A stretch of 64,000 nucleotides of DNA from an uncultured Legionellales bacterium (GTDB lineage: Bacteria > Pseudomonadota > Gammaproteobacteria > UBA1113). The DNA lies in contig CAMFJL010000001.1 in the NCBI GenBank assembly GCA_945957175.1, positions 49,346-113,345 of the forward strand, given 5' to 3'. Of this stretch, positions 11,163-18,978 are shown piece after piece. The notes below the pieces were generated by a model that made no database searches, was not told the DNA's origin, and saw only the letters and a list, made by a program, of their open reading frames with translations. The translations under genes were made by a program, and so were the position numbers. The first letter of the stretch is position 1. The number at the start of each line of letters is the position of its first letter.

Positions 11163-12089
11163 GTGACAAGAAGAAGACGAAAACCTACCATGCCTAAATG
11201 GCACCCCAAATACTGGAGTGTTTATCCTTTGCTTTGGGTGTTATGGTTATTAGCCCATTTGCCTTATCAAATAAGGCGCAAGCTTGGTGGGGCATTTGGC
11301 TTACTTTACTATAGCTTGGCACGCAAAGATAAACGTATTGCGCTTATCAATTTGCAACTATGCTTCCCAACACTTTCACTGAAAGCCAGGAAAAGCATTT
11401 GTCGTGAAAGCTTTAAGCATTTGACGACAACTGCTTTAGAATCTATTTTTATGAGTGCCTCTCATCGAATTCCTCTAGATAAGATGCTGGCGAGCATTGA
11501 GGGATTTGAACATGTTGAAACGGCGAAGCAGCAAGGTAAAGGTGTTATTATTCTTTTCCCGCATTTAACCCCCATATTTTTTGCAGGTTATTTATGTTGG
11601 CGAACTTTAGACACACATTTTGGCTTTATGTATCGAACGTCGAGACATCCCGTGATTGCTCGTCAATTTGCCAAGCAATTTAAAGGCGAAGCTCAAGCAT
11701 TTACTCGCAGAGATGCGAAGAAAATGATTGATTTTCTTCGAAACGGCGGTGTGGTTTGGTATGCCCCTGATTTATTACCGAGGCGCCAAGATAGAGTGTT
11801 TGTTCCCTTTTTGGGTGTTAATGCGGCAACGGGTGTTGCTCCTATGCGTTTTGCCAGTATCACTGGTGCGCGTGTGCTTACAGTGGGCCTTAAGCGTGAT
11901 AAGCAAGGGCGATTCCATATTCGCTTTCAAGCACCCATTGAGCATTTTCCAAGTGATGATGTGGCCAGTGATGCGGCAAAAATCAATGCAGCTATGGCCG
12001 AACACATTACCGCCTATCCCGAAGCCTATCTATGGCTGTATAAGCGGTTTAATCAACAGCCACCTGGTGTACCTAATCCCTACCAGTAA
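11163..12089 (+). CDS. lpxL: Lipid A biosynthesis (Kdo)2-lipid IVA acyltransferase, LpxL/HtrB family
   Basis: N-terminus 'HPKYWSVYPLLWVLWLLAHLPYQIRRKLG' parallels E. coli LpxL. 'FPHLTP' acyltransferase His motif. C-terminus 'YLWLYKRF'. The true start may be the ATG at 11190. Confidence 0.85.
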   Translation: MTRRRRKPTMPKWHPKYWSVYPLLWVLWLLAHLPYQIRRKLGGAFGLLYYSLARKDKRIALINLQLCFPTLSLKARKSICRESFKHLTTTALESIFMSASHRIPLDKMLASIEGFEHVETAKQQGKGVIILFPHLTPIFFAGYLCWRTLDTHFGFMYRTSRHPVIARQFAKQFKGEAQAFTRRDAKKMIDFLRNGGVVWYAPDLLPRRQDRVFVPFLGVNAATGVAPMRFASITGARVLTVGLKRDKQGRFHIRFQAPIEHFPSDDVASDAAKINAAMAEHITAYPEAYLWLYKRFNQQPPGVPNPYQ

Positions 12090-12200
12090 GCCTCTGCCTG
12101 TCGTCGCTCAAAGTCCGGCATTGTTGATAAAATGCCTTCTCCCCTTGTGTTTACTCAATTTACCCCCATACTCATAGTATGCACCTATGTGAGAGAAACG

Positions 12201-12671
12201 ATGCCAAGAACGCCACGCCCTAAGGCTTGGTCGAGCCATACCGAGACAGAAGACACGACCTATTTGAATCAAGACGCGCGCTTGACGCGTTTGCTTGCGA
12301 ATCAAAATGATGATGAAGGGGGGGGTGATAGTGGCGGTGAAGGTGCTTGGACGCCACCGTTTGATCCCGAAGCCTTGTATCAGGTCTTTCTACGTATCCA
12401 TGAGCAGCATCGAGGTTTAAAAGCGCCACCACGCAATGCGCTACAAAATGACGTTCCCATTGATCCTGAATTAGCGGCGCTGAGTCAACAAGATGTTCAT
12501 CCTTTGCAAAAGAGTGCATATTTTTCAGGTATGGCGGATAATCAGAAAGAATCGATGATCCCCAGTGAAAATACCGATCCTAATATTCGAAATGAATATA
12601 ACTTACAGCTGCGTAAACGCTTAGAGCATCAAAAACAATTGAATTTAAATATGGCACCACGACCATACTAA
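12201..12671 (+). CDS. Hypothetical low-complexity protein (contains a G8 tract)
   Basis: ORF 12132..12671. The first 69 nt overlap a family A repeat core, so ATG 12201 (after 'gagag') is preferred. Acidic/Gly-rich 'DDEGGGDSGGEG'. Confidence 0.45.
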   Translation: MPRTPRPKAWSSHTETEDTTYLNQDARLTRLLANQNDDEGGGDSGGEGAWTPPFDPEALYQVFLRIHEQHRGLKAPPRNALQNDVPIDPELAALSQQDVHPLQKSAYFSGMADNQKESMIPSENTDPNIRNEYNLQLRKRLEHQKQLNLNMAPRPY

Positions 12672-12693
12672 TAGAGAATGTAGGGTATTTTAT

Positions 12694-14109
12694 ATGAAGA
12701 CATATCCATCTCTCGCTAAGGCTATTATTTATGGTACGCTTGCCGATGCTAAAGTAGCGCTTGCCATGGGTGAGTCCGCTTATGATATGGATGAATATGG
12801 ATTTACACCGTTAATTGAAGCAACTATTTTTAATAAAATAGATATTGTTGAGTGGCTATTAACGCAGCATGTTGATGTAAATCAAGCAGGCCTAACCGGA
12901 CATACGGCATTACACTGGGCTATTGAGAATCAAAATTTACCATTGATAAAACTTTTATTAGAACAAGGCGCAGATCCTAACAGTTACGCAAACAGTGGAC
13001 AGCCACTTTTAGTATTGCCTTTACTTAGAAACCAACAAACGATTAAATCGCTTCTTTATCAATATGGTGCAAATCTTACGTTTGCCCAAGATTTTATTAC
13101 AACAAAACTGCTAGCGCATCGATTTGATTTAACAGGCTATGTCAATATTGTAAGTCATGAGCAGCGGTTTATTGAAATTGATTTAGAAGGTTTTTTGCTT
13201 GAATTTACCGTGGGTATGATACGAGAATCTTTACAGCGTTTTGTTAACCACTATAGTTCGAGACGTATGCGCTCTTTTTATGATAACTTATACCGTATCA
13301 TTGAAGCATTAGATGTCGCTGATGAATTGCTGCGCTATCGACATTTTGCCGTGGATATTCAGCAACACCGACATCGATTACAAAAATTACTTAATCGTCC
13401 ATTACTTATCTTGCCAGTAGGTTATACAGGTCATGCGATTGCCTATATTCGCTTTGATAATTTATGGGTTCGTTGCGATCGAGGTGAAGAAGGCCGACGT
13501 GTTGGCAGTGTTATTATTTATGAAATGCAGAATGCTAGCCAATGTAATGTAGATTTTTTGATGAATTTGATGTATCAAAAACATGATCAAGGTACGATTG
13601 TTGAAAGTATTCCTGAATATCTTGGCTTAAAACCATTAACACAATTACCCATCTCTACACAAGTTACAGGTAATTGCTCATGGGCTAATATGGAAGCAGT
13701 TATTCCAAGTCTTTTATTTTTGCTGTCAGTTGGCAGTAAAAAGTCAATGAGTGCAGATAAATTGATTGATGTGAAAAAAGATGCAAATTTAGTCTATCTT
13801 GCTTGGCGACACTTTGATAAATATGCAGCATTACAAGATTTTATACAGCAAACGGAACTTGCAGCCATGCCAAGGAAAGCCAGCAAAGCGATGGTATTAA
13901 TGGCACTGGTCTTTCAACGATTAACATCTAAACGTTTTAGTGATGTAAAATTAGCGGAAAAACTCTTACCAATATTGATGGCACCTGATCTGCGTTATAT
14001 CTTAGAAAGCTATCTCGATATCTATTATCGCCGCAAAGTGACCAAAGATGGTCTGCGCCTACTTGCCCTCATTGAAGCTGCAGGCTTTAGTCTTGCAGAG
14101 GATGAATAA
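12694..14109 (+). CDS. Ankyrin-repeat protein with a ~330-aa non-ankyrin C-terminal domain
   Basis: ANK consensus 'GFTPLIEA...IVEWLL..HVDVN' and 'GHTALHWAIENQNLPLIKLLLEQGADPN'. The C-terminal part carries 'GYTGHAIAY' and 'TGNCSWAN' motifs. Confidence 0.85.
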   Translation: MKTYPSLAKAIIYGTLADAKVALAMGESAYDMDEYGFTPLIEATIFNKIDIVEWLLTQHVDVNQAGLTGHTALHWAIENQNLPLIKLLLEQGADPNSYANSGQPLLVLPLLRNQQTIKSLLYQYGANLTFAQDFITTKLLAHRFDLTGYVNIVSHEQRFIEIDLEGFLLEFTVGMIRESLQRFVNHYSSRRMRSFYDNLYRIIEALDVADELLRYRHFAVDIQQHRHRLQKLLNRPLLILPVGYTGHAIAYIRFDNLWVRCDRGEEGRRVGSVIIYEMQNASQCNVDFLMNLMYQKHDQGTIVESIPEYLGLKPLTQLPISTQVTGNCSWANMEAVIPSLLFLLSVGSKKSMSADKLIDVKKDANLVYLAWRHFDKYAALQDFIQQTELAAMPRKASKAMVLMALVFQRLTSKRFSDVKLAEKLLPILMAPDLRYILESYLDIYYRRKVTKDGLRLLALIEAAGFSLAEDE

Positions 14110-14308
14110 AATGAGGGTGAACCAACATGTGGTCTTGTATTTGAATGCAAAGCCATGGAGAAGATCCCTAGACTTTAGTCTTGCATATGCTTTATAGTAG
14201 CCGTTGTGATTCTGTGTTGCTATATATTTTCTGCCACAATCTGTAATCACCTTGCTCTTCGATATTCGATCAAACCAGCTTATAGGATAATCAACCATAA
14301 GCCCAGGT

Positions 14309-16099
14309 GTGTTTTCATGGAGTGAGTTAATAACGATGCAAAATAACGAAGATGATGGTAAAGCCCCACCTTTAAGAGTGGTATTAAGCACCGAGACCGA
14401 GGAGGGCACATCAGAGCAAGCTGAGTCGAGTGGGCTCAGCGGGTCAAACACATCATCAAGTAGCTCTTTGGTATCCTCGTCATCGTCATCGATAAGCTTA
14501 TCTCGCTATGCTGTGGGTGAGGCTGATGGTTGCACATCAAATACATTTCTATTACTCCAGTTATTAGAACCAAATAGCGAAGCAACTAACGAACCTATTC
14601 AATTAAATCATATAATTAATGCCTTGGATAATATCTTATTTATTTTAAAAAAATATATAGATGATAAGTCTGTGCTTAAAGATAAGATTGATTTGCTGGA
14701 GCGTCTTAGAAGACAAGCGGATAATAAAATATTTATTCAACATGATGTTGTTTTATTTATAGATAAATTTTGTGAAATTAATCAATTATATCTAGACGCT
14801 ATGAAAATAAGAGCAGAAGAAGTTATCAATAAATTAGAAAGCAAAGGATATGAAGATACTGATATTATTAAAGATTTAAATTATTTATTGACTATAACAA
14901 CAAAAGAAAATATATATCTACTTGAAAATAAAATTAATATGGCTTTGTGTTTTTTAAGATCAAAAAATACAGGTCAAGAATATAAAATTAAAGAAAATAT
15001 AGATGAAATAAAAAAAGACTTTTATGAATTTATTATAGACAAGATATATACATATATAACTGATGATCTAGCTAATACAAACGAATATATAAGATATAGT
15101 GATGAGTCATCAAGATCTCATACCATTTATCATTTTGTTTTTATGTTGTATAAAATATCGGTTATTTATAAACTTATTTCAATATTATTGATAAAGTCAG
15201 AGATATATCCTGAGTGGATTGATATTATTCATAGCATGACAGAAAAAATGATAGAATATTTTGATAAATCTTTGTTGTTATGTTTTATTCAAGACATTCA
15301 AAGATTTATTAAAATAAATGACATTTGTGGTGAGAAAGCAGATAAGGTAGAAGATCAATTTGATAGAGCAGTTTTGTTATTGTTAAGATTAGATCCATGC
15401 AAATTAGAATATTTTAAAGACATAACAGAACATCCCGTCATGTCAGATACACATTTTAAAAGTTTATATATCAAACTTATGGAAATGTATCAAACGCTTA
15501 TCGAGTGTGAAGATCACCGTTATCTTCTACCGCAAAGTAGCACGCAAACAATATTAGCGGATGTTATCCACTATGTACGACAACAAGCAAATAATAAAAG
15601 CTTATCACCGAATCCTTATGAAACTACACTATCTTTTTCATCTGAGTCATTTACACATTGTGTCGAGGCAAGATTAGCTGGCATCGAGCCAGATACTAAG
15701 CTTATGGCGGCAGTGCTAGCAGCCTATGTGCCAGAGATAGCGCGTTTGTTGCCGCAACCATCTCCATCCGCGTCTGACGCTCGCTTATTGTTAAGGAGTC
15801 ACTCAACGCCGTATCCTTATCTGTACCGGCGCGGGTTAAGGCCGATGGACCCGCATCGACATAGTATGCCAGTGCGTAGTACCTCATCTCCCGCTTCTTC
15901 CTCATCACAAGCCATAGTCGATCACCATTCACAGCTTGGCACAAGGGGCACGTATGGGCAGTCTTTTTTTGACACGGTATCTAAAGCGCTGCCAACACTA
16001 GAGAGTATTAGCGCTGTTGCTGCGCAATTGACGAATGGTTGGGGTATGTTAGGTGGTGGTGTTACGCCACCAACGTATGGAGGGTACAAGCCTCGATAG
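14309..16099 (+). CDS. Hypothetical protein with a Ser-rich N-terminus, a very AT-rich K/I/N/Y-rich core and a Pro/Ser-rich C-terminus
   Basis: Single 596-codon ORF. The first ATG in frame is at 14336 ('MQNNEDDG'). No recognisable domain. Confidence 0.6.
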   Translation: MFSWSELITMQNNEDDGKAPPLRVVLSTETEEGTSEQAESSGLSGSNTSSSSSLVSSSSSSISLSRYAVGEADGCTSNTFLLLQLLEPNSEATNEPIQLNHIINALDNILFILKKYIDDKSVLKDKIDLLERLRRQADNKIFIQHDVVLFIDKFCEINQLYLDAMKIRAEEVINKLESKGYEDTDIIKDLNYLLTITTKENIYLLENKINMALCFLRSKNTGQEYKIKENIDEIKKDFYEFIIDKIYTYITDDLANTNEYIRYSDESSRSHTIYHFVFMLYKISVIYKLISILLIKSEIYPEWIDIIHSMTEKMIEYFDKSLLLCFIQDIQRFIKINDICGEKADKVEDQFDRAVLLLLRLDPCKLEYFKDITEHPVMSDTHFKSLYIKLMEMYQTLIECEDHRYLLPQSSTQTILADVIHYVRQQANNKSLSPNPYETTLSFSSESFTHCVEARLAGIEPDTKLMAAVLAAYVPEIARLLPQPSPSASDARLLLRSHSTPYPYLYRRGLRPMDPHRHSMPVRSTSSPASSSSQAIVDHHSQLGTRGTYGQSFFDTVSKALPTLESISAVAAQLTNGWGMLGGGVTPPTYGGYKPR

Positions 16100-16106
16100 A
16101 CTGTAT

Positions 16107-16140
16107 TTTTGTCTTTCAAGCTGCGACTTTCTGCGGTGTT
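16107..16140 (+). repeat. Family B short repeat ('GTCTTTCAAGCTGCGA')
   Basis: 'tttttgtctttcaagctgcgactttctgcgg'. Related copies at 27908, 34907, 37145 and 47953. Confidence 0.6.
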
Positions 16141-16215
16141 TGGGAAGTGATGTGTGATTGACGGTTCTCATAAGATGTTCTATGCTTTAATCGTTGCCTG
16201 CGTGTATAAAAGGAG

Positions 16216-16440
16216 TTGATGATGGACAGAGATACAGAGATTCTGGATATTTACCATCGCAATATTGATAAGGCAGAGAAGATTCATTTGCTTGAAGAGC
16301 TTGCGCTTGATATGCGCAATGAGTTAGAAGCCGAAGATCAAAATATGCATCCCGACGTTTATAATGCCTTATCAGAAGGATTAAGATTAGCGACTGACTT
16401 TATTCGAGAACTGCACGCGCAAGACGACAACAAAAAATAA
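16216..16440 (+). CDS. Small acidic hypothetical protein (74 aa) enclosed by family B inverted arms
   Basis: ORF preceded by 'aaaggag'. Helical and acidic. No homology recognisable by eye. Confidence 0.35.
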   Translation: MMMDRDTEILDIYHRNIDKAEKIHLLEELALDMRNELEAEDQNMHPDVYNALSEGLRLATDFIRELHAQDDNKK

Positions 16441-16477
16441 TACTAGATATGTGCATCTTAAGTGAAACGAACCCGCC

Positions 16478-16612
16478 TACGACGTGTCGCAACTTGTTCG
16501 CAGCATCCAGGTTTTGATTACCCCTTATCCGGCCTTCGGCCACCATCATATGCAAGGAGCGAAGGGCATTTTTTGTACTTCAGTGAGAGAAACCAAAACT
16601 GGCATGTTGAAG
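16478..16612 (+). repeat. Family A dispersed repeat copy, including the right B-type inverted arm
   Basis: 'ttaccccttatccggccttcggccaccatcatatgcaaggagcgaagggcat...gagagaaaccaaaac' matches the copies at 37288, 44641, 53817 and (inverted) 34957. Confidence 0.7.
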
Positions 16613-16716
16613 TTAATTGGGTGTATATCCGAAGGGCTTCAGCTTGGATATATCTTCGCGAAGCAGAGGATAGTTGACAAGCCGCGTAAAACTTGTAAGA
16701 ATGCTCCCCTCACTTC

Positions 16717-16792
<76 letters not shown>

Positions 16793-17024
16793 TTTGTGCA
16801 GTTCCATAACGTTCGTTACCGTTCAACAAAGCCCACAAACTTGGGCTCTATGGCCATAATTCTGAGTTACTTATTTCATGTGCTTGCTTAAGAGATATCC
16901 TAGATAACCATTTGATTTTATTAGTATTCTCATGTGATCATCTTCCTGCTACTCCTATTCAGTGAACTTAGATATGAAGGTGTTATCTAATTGCTTTTTA
17001 ATCTGAATCGTATACAATTCTCAT

Positions 17025-18509
17025 GTGATTGTCATGTGTTATAAAGAGACTCCGATGAGGTTGGAAAAGAACTGGTTACGAAGAGCATTGATTTGTCTAG
17101 AAGAAAGCTTAAGCCCTATTCCACACGAGTTAAATGAGTTGGATTGGAAGCTAGACCTAACTGATAAAAGTCTGTCAAAACATATTTCCGCATTTGCAAA
17201 CCACCAACAGGGTGGTTACCTGGTTTTTGGTATTAATGATATGGGGCAAGTTACAGGGACTGAACAAAGTAAAATCAAAAATATACTAAACAAGATTGGT
17301 AATGTAGCGCGAGAGGGAGTAGACCCCAAAGTATTAATTGACCATGCAGTGTATGATTTTGAAGGCAAAGCAATATTGTTTGTATATGTAAAAGAGTCTA
17401 ATGAAAAACCAGTACATTTACGTGGTAAAGGTCTGGAAGAATCCTATATTAGAAGTGCGGCGGCTACGCAAAAAATGTCAAAGCAGGAAATCGGGTGGTG
17501 TTTGTTAAATTCAAATATTCCAAGCTTTGAGGAGCAGAATGCAGGTGATTTGCTTTCATCCCACGAAGTTTTGGATAAATTAGATGTGATAGCCTTCTTT
17601 AAATTATTAAGTGTTCCTGTATCAAGTAATGAGCAGGAAATACTTAATAAACTTGCAGAGTTTTATATTGTTAAATCGAATGACCAGCTTTATACAATAA
17701 CAAATTTGGGGGCTATGCTTACAGCTAAAAATATGGCTCATTTCTCATCGCATGCGAGAAGAGGAGTGCGTGTGATATGTTATAAAGGAACTTCTAAAGT
17801 TGAGGCATACCTAGATAAAACTTTTGATAGAGGTTATGCCGTGAGTTTTGATGAAATGCTTGATTACATACAGAGCTATTTACCTGCTAGTGAGGTAATT
17901 AAAGATGCATTTAGGCAAACTGTTACTATTTATCCAACTGTTGCGATAAGAGAGATTCTAGCAAATGCAATTATTCATCAAGATTTTAGCATTGATTGTA
18001 CTCATCCAAAAGTTGAAGTATTCTCTGATCGTATGGAAATTACTAACCCTGGTACATTAATTCGTAAAACATCAGTTGAGCGACTTTTTGGGTCGACATA
18101 TCCAAGAAACGAGTTATTGACTCGCATAATGTATAAACTTAAAATTTGTGAAGACAGAGGTAGCGGTTTACTGAGGGCACTTGGTGCGATTGAGTTATAT
18201 GGTTTGCCACCTCTCAGGTTTGAAGTAACACCATTACACTTTAAAGTAACTCTTTATGCTCCTAGAGACTATCAGGAAATGAGTAGAAATGAGCGTATTG
18301 AAGCATGCTTTCAGCATTGTATACTCAAATATTTGTCTAATGAAAAAATGACAAATGCATCTTTAAGAAAACGCCTAGGGATTTCTGAAAAAAACTATGC
18401 TTTAGCTTCTAGAATCATAAAAGATGCTATAGAGCAGAACAAGATTAAAGTTGGTAATCCAGAAATAAAAAATGCTAAGTATGTATATTATGTACCCTCT
18501 CACGCATAA
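17025..18509 (+). CDS. AlbA_2 (Schlafen-type) + HATPase_c_4 + C-terminal wHTH protein, the type often annotated 'RecG-like transcriptional regulator'
   Basis: 'SKHISAFANHQQGGYLVFGINDMGQVTG' is an AlbA_2/AAA_4-type motif. 'IREILANAIIHQDF' is an HATPase_c_4-type motif. The start may be ATG 17055. AT-rich. Confidence 0.75.
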   Translation: MIVMCYKETPMRLEKNWLRRALICLEESLSPIPHELNELDWKLDLTDKSLSKHISAFANHQQGGYLVFGINDMGQVTGTEQSKIKNILNKIGNVAREGVDPKVLIDHAVYDFEGKAILFVYVKESNEKPVHLRGKGLEESYIRSAAATQKMSKQEIGWCLLNSNIPSFEEQNAGDLLSSHEVLDKLDVIAFFKLLSVPVSSNEQEILNKLAEFYIVKSNDQLYTITNLGAMLTAKNMAHFSSHARRGVRVICYKGTSKVEAYLDKTFDRGYAVSFDEMLDYIQSYLPASEVIKDAFRQTVTIYPTVAIREILANAIIHQDFSIDCTHPKVEVFSDRMEITNPGTLIRKTSVERLFGSTYPRNELLTRIMYKLKICEDRGSGLLRALGAIELYGLPPLRFEVTPLHFKVTLYAPRDYQEMSRNERIEACFQHCILKYLSNEKMTNASLRKRLGISEKNYALASRIIKDAIEQNKIKVGNPEIKNAKYVYYVPSHA

Positions 18510-18719
18510 GTAAAGTATATTGCGTGACTATTATCTTTTTTAGTCAACTCGCTGATTGCATTATCAGCGCTGATCATGTTTAGCTCAATTTTACGATATT
18601 TTTGACCGTTTACGTGCGAGATTATCCGCAAAAAATGGGTGGATTTTTGGGGGGATCGAGAGTAGGAACATGATGATAAAGCCATATGTGACAAGGCTTC
18701 ATTGGATGTTGATGAAGGC

Positions 18720-18741
18720 ACTTCTGGCCGCCATTTGTACA
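18720..18741 (+). repeat. Direct repeat of the tRNA-Phe 3' end (att-like)
   Basis: 'acttctggccgccatttgtaca' versus 16779-16800 'acctctggccaccatttgtgca': 19 of 22 identical, same orientation. Confidence 0.5.
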
Positions 18742-18978
18742 ATCTAATCAAAATTTAACGGTTCTATCCCACATTAGGGGGCACTCCGCTAACCACACAA
18801 TGCGATTCTGAGTTTGACTCTTCATGTTAACGTTTTTTTGAAAAAATAACTTTTTGGGCATATTTTCAATAACTAGTTAACATTTTCTTGTAAATTATCA
18901 AAAAAAGGCCTAATATTTTTAATATATAGAAAAAAATGTCTGTTTTAATGAGCGAGTTACTGTTTTTTTGAGGAGTCT

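Noticed and set aside
14059-14451. 130-aa minus-strand ORF spanning the 14109-14309 intergenic region.
   Set aside because: It overlaps the ends of two better-supported plus-strand genes, has no SD, and covers a degenerate repeat-like spacer. It is most likely spurious.
18877-18893. 'TTAACATTTTCTTGTAA' upstream of the Fic gene resembles the PmrA-like box at 23103.
   Set aside because: The second half-site is TTGT rather than TTAA, and the region is generally A/T-rich low-complexity sequence. It is too weak to call without a genome-wide matrix scan.
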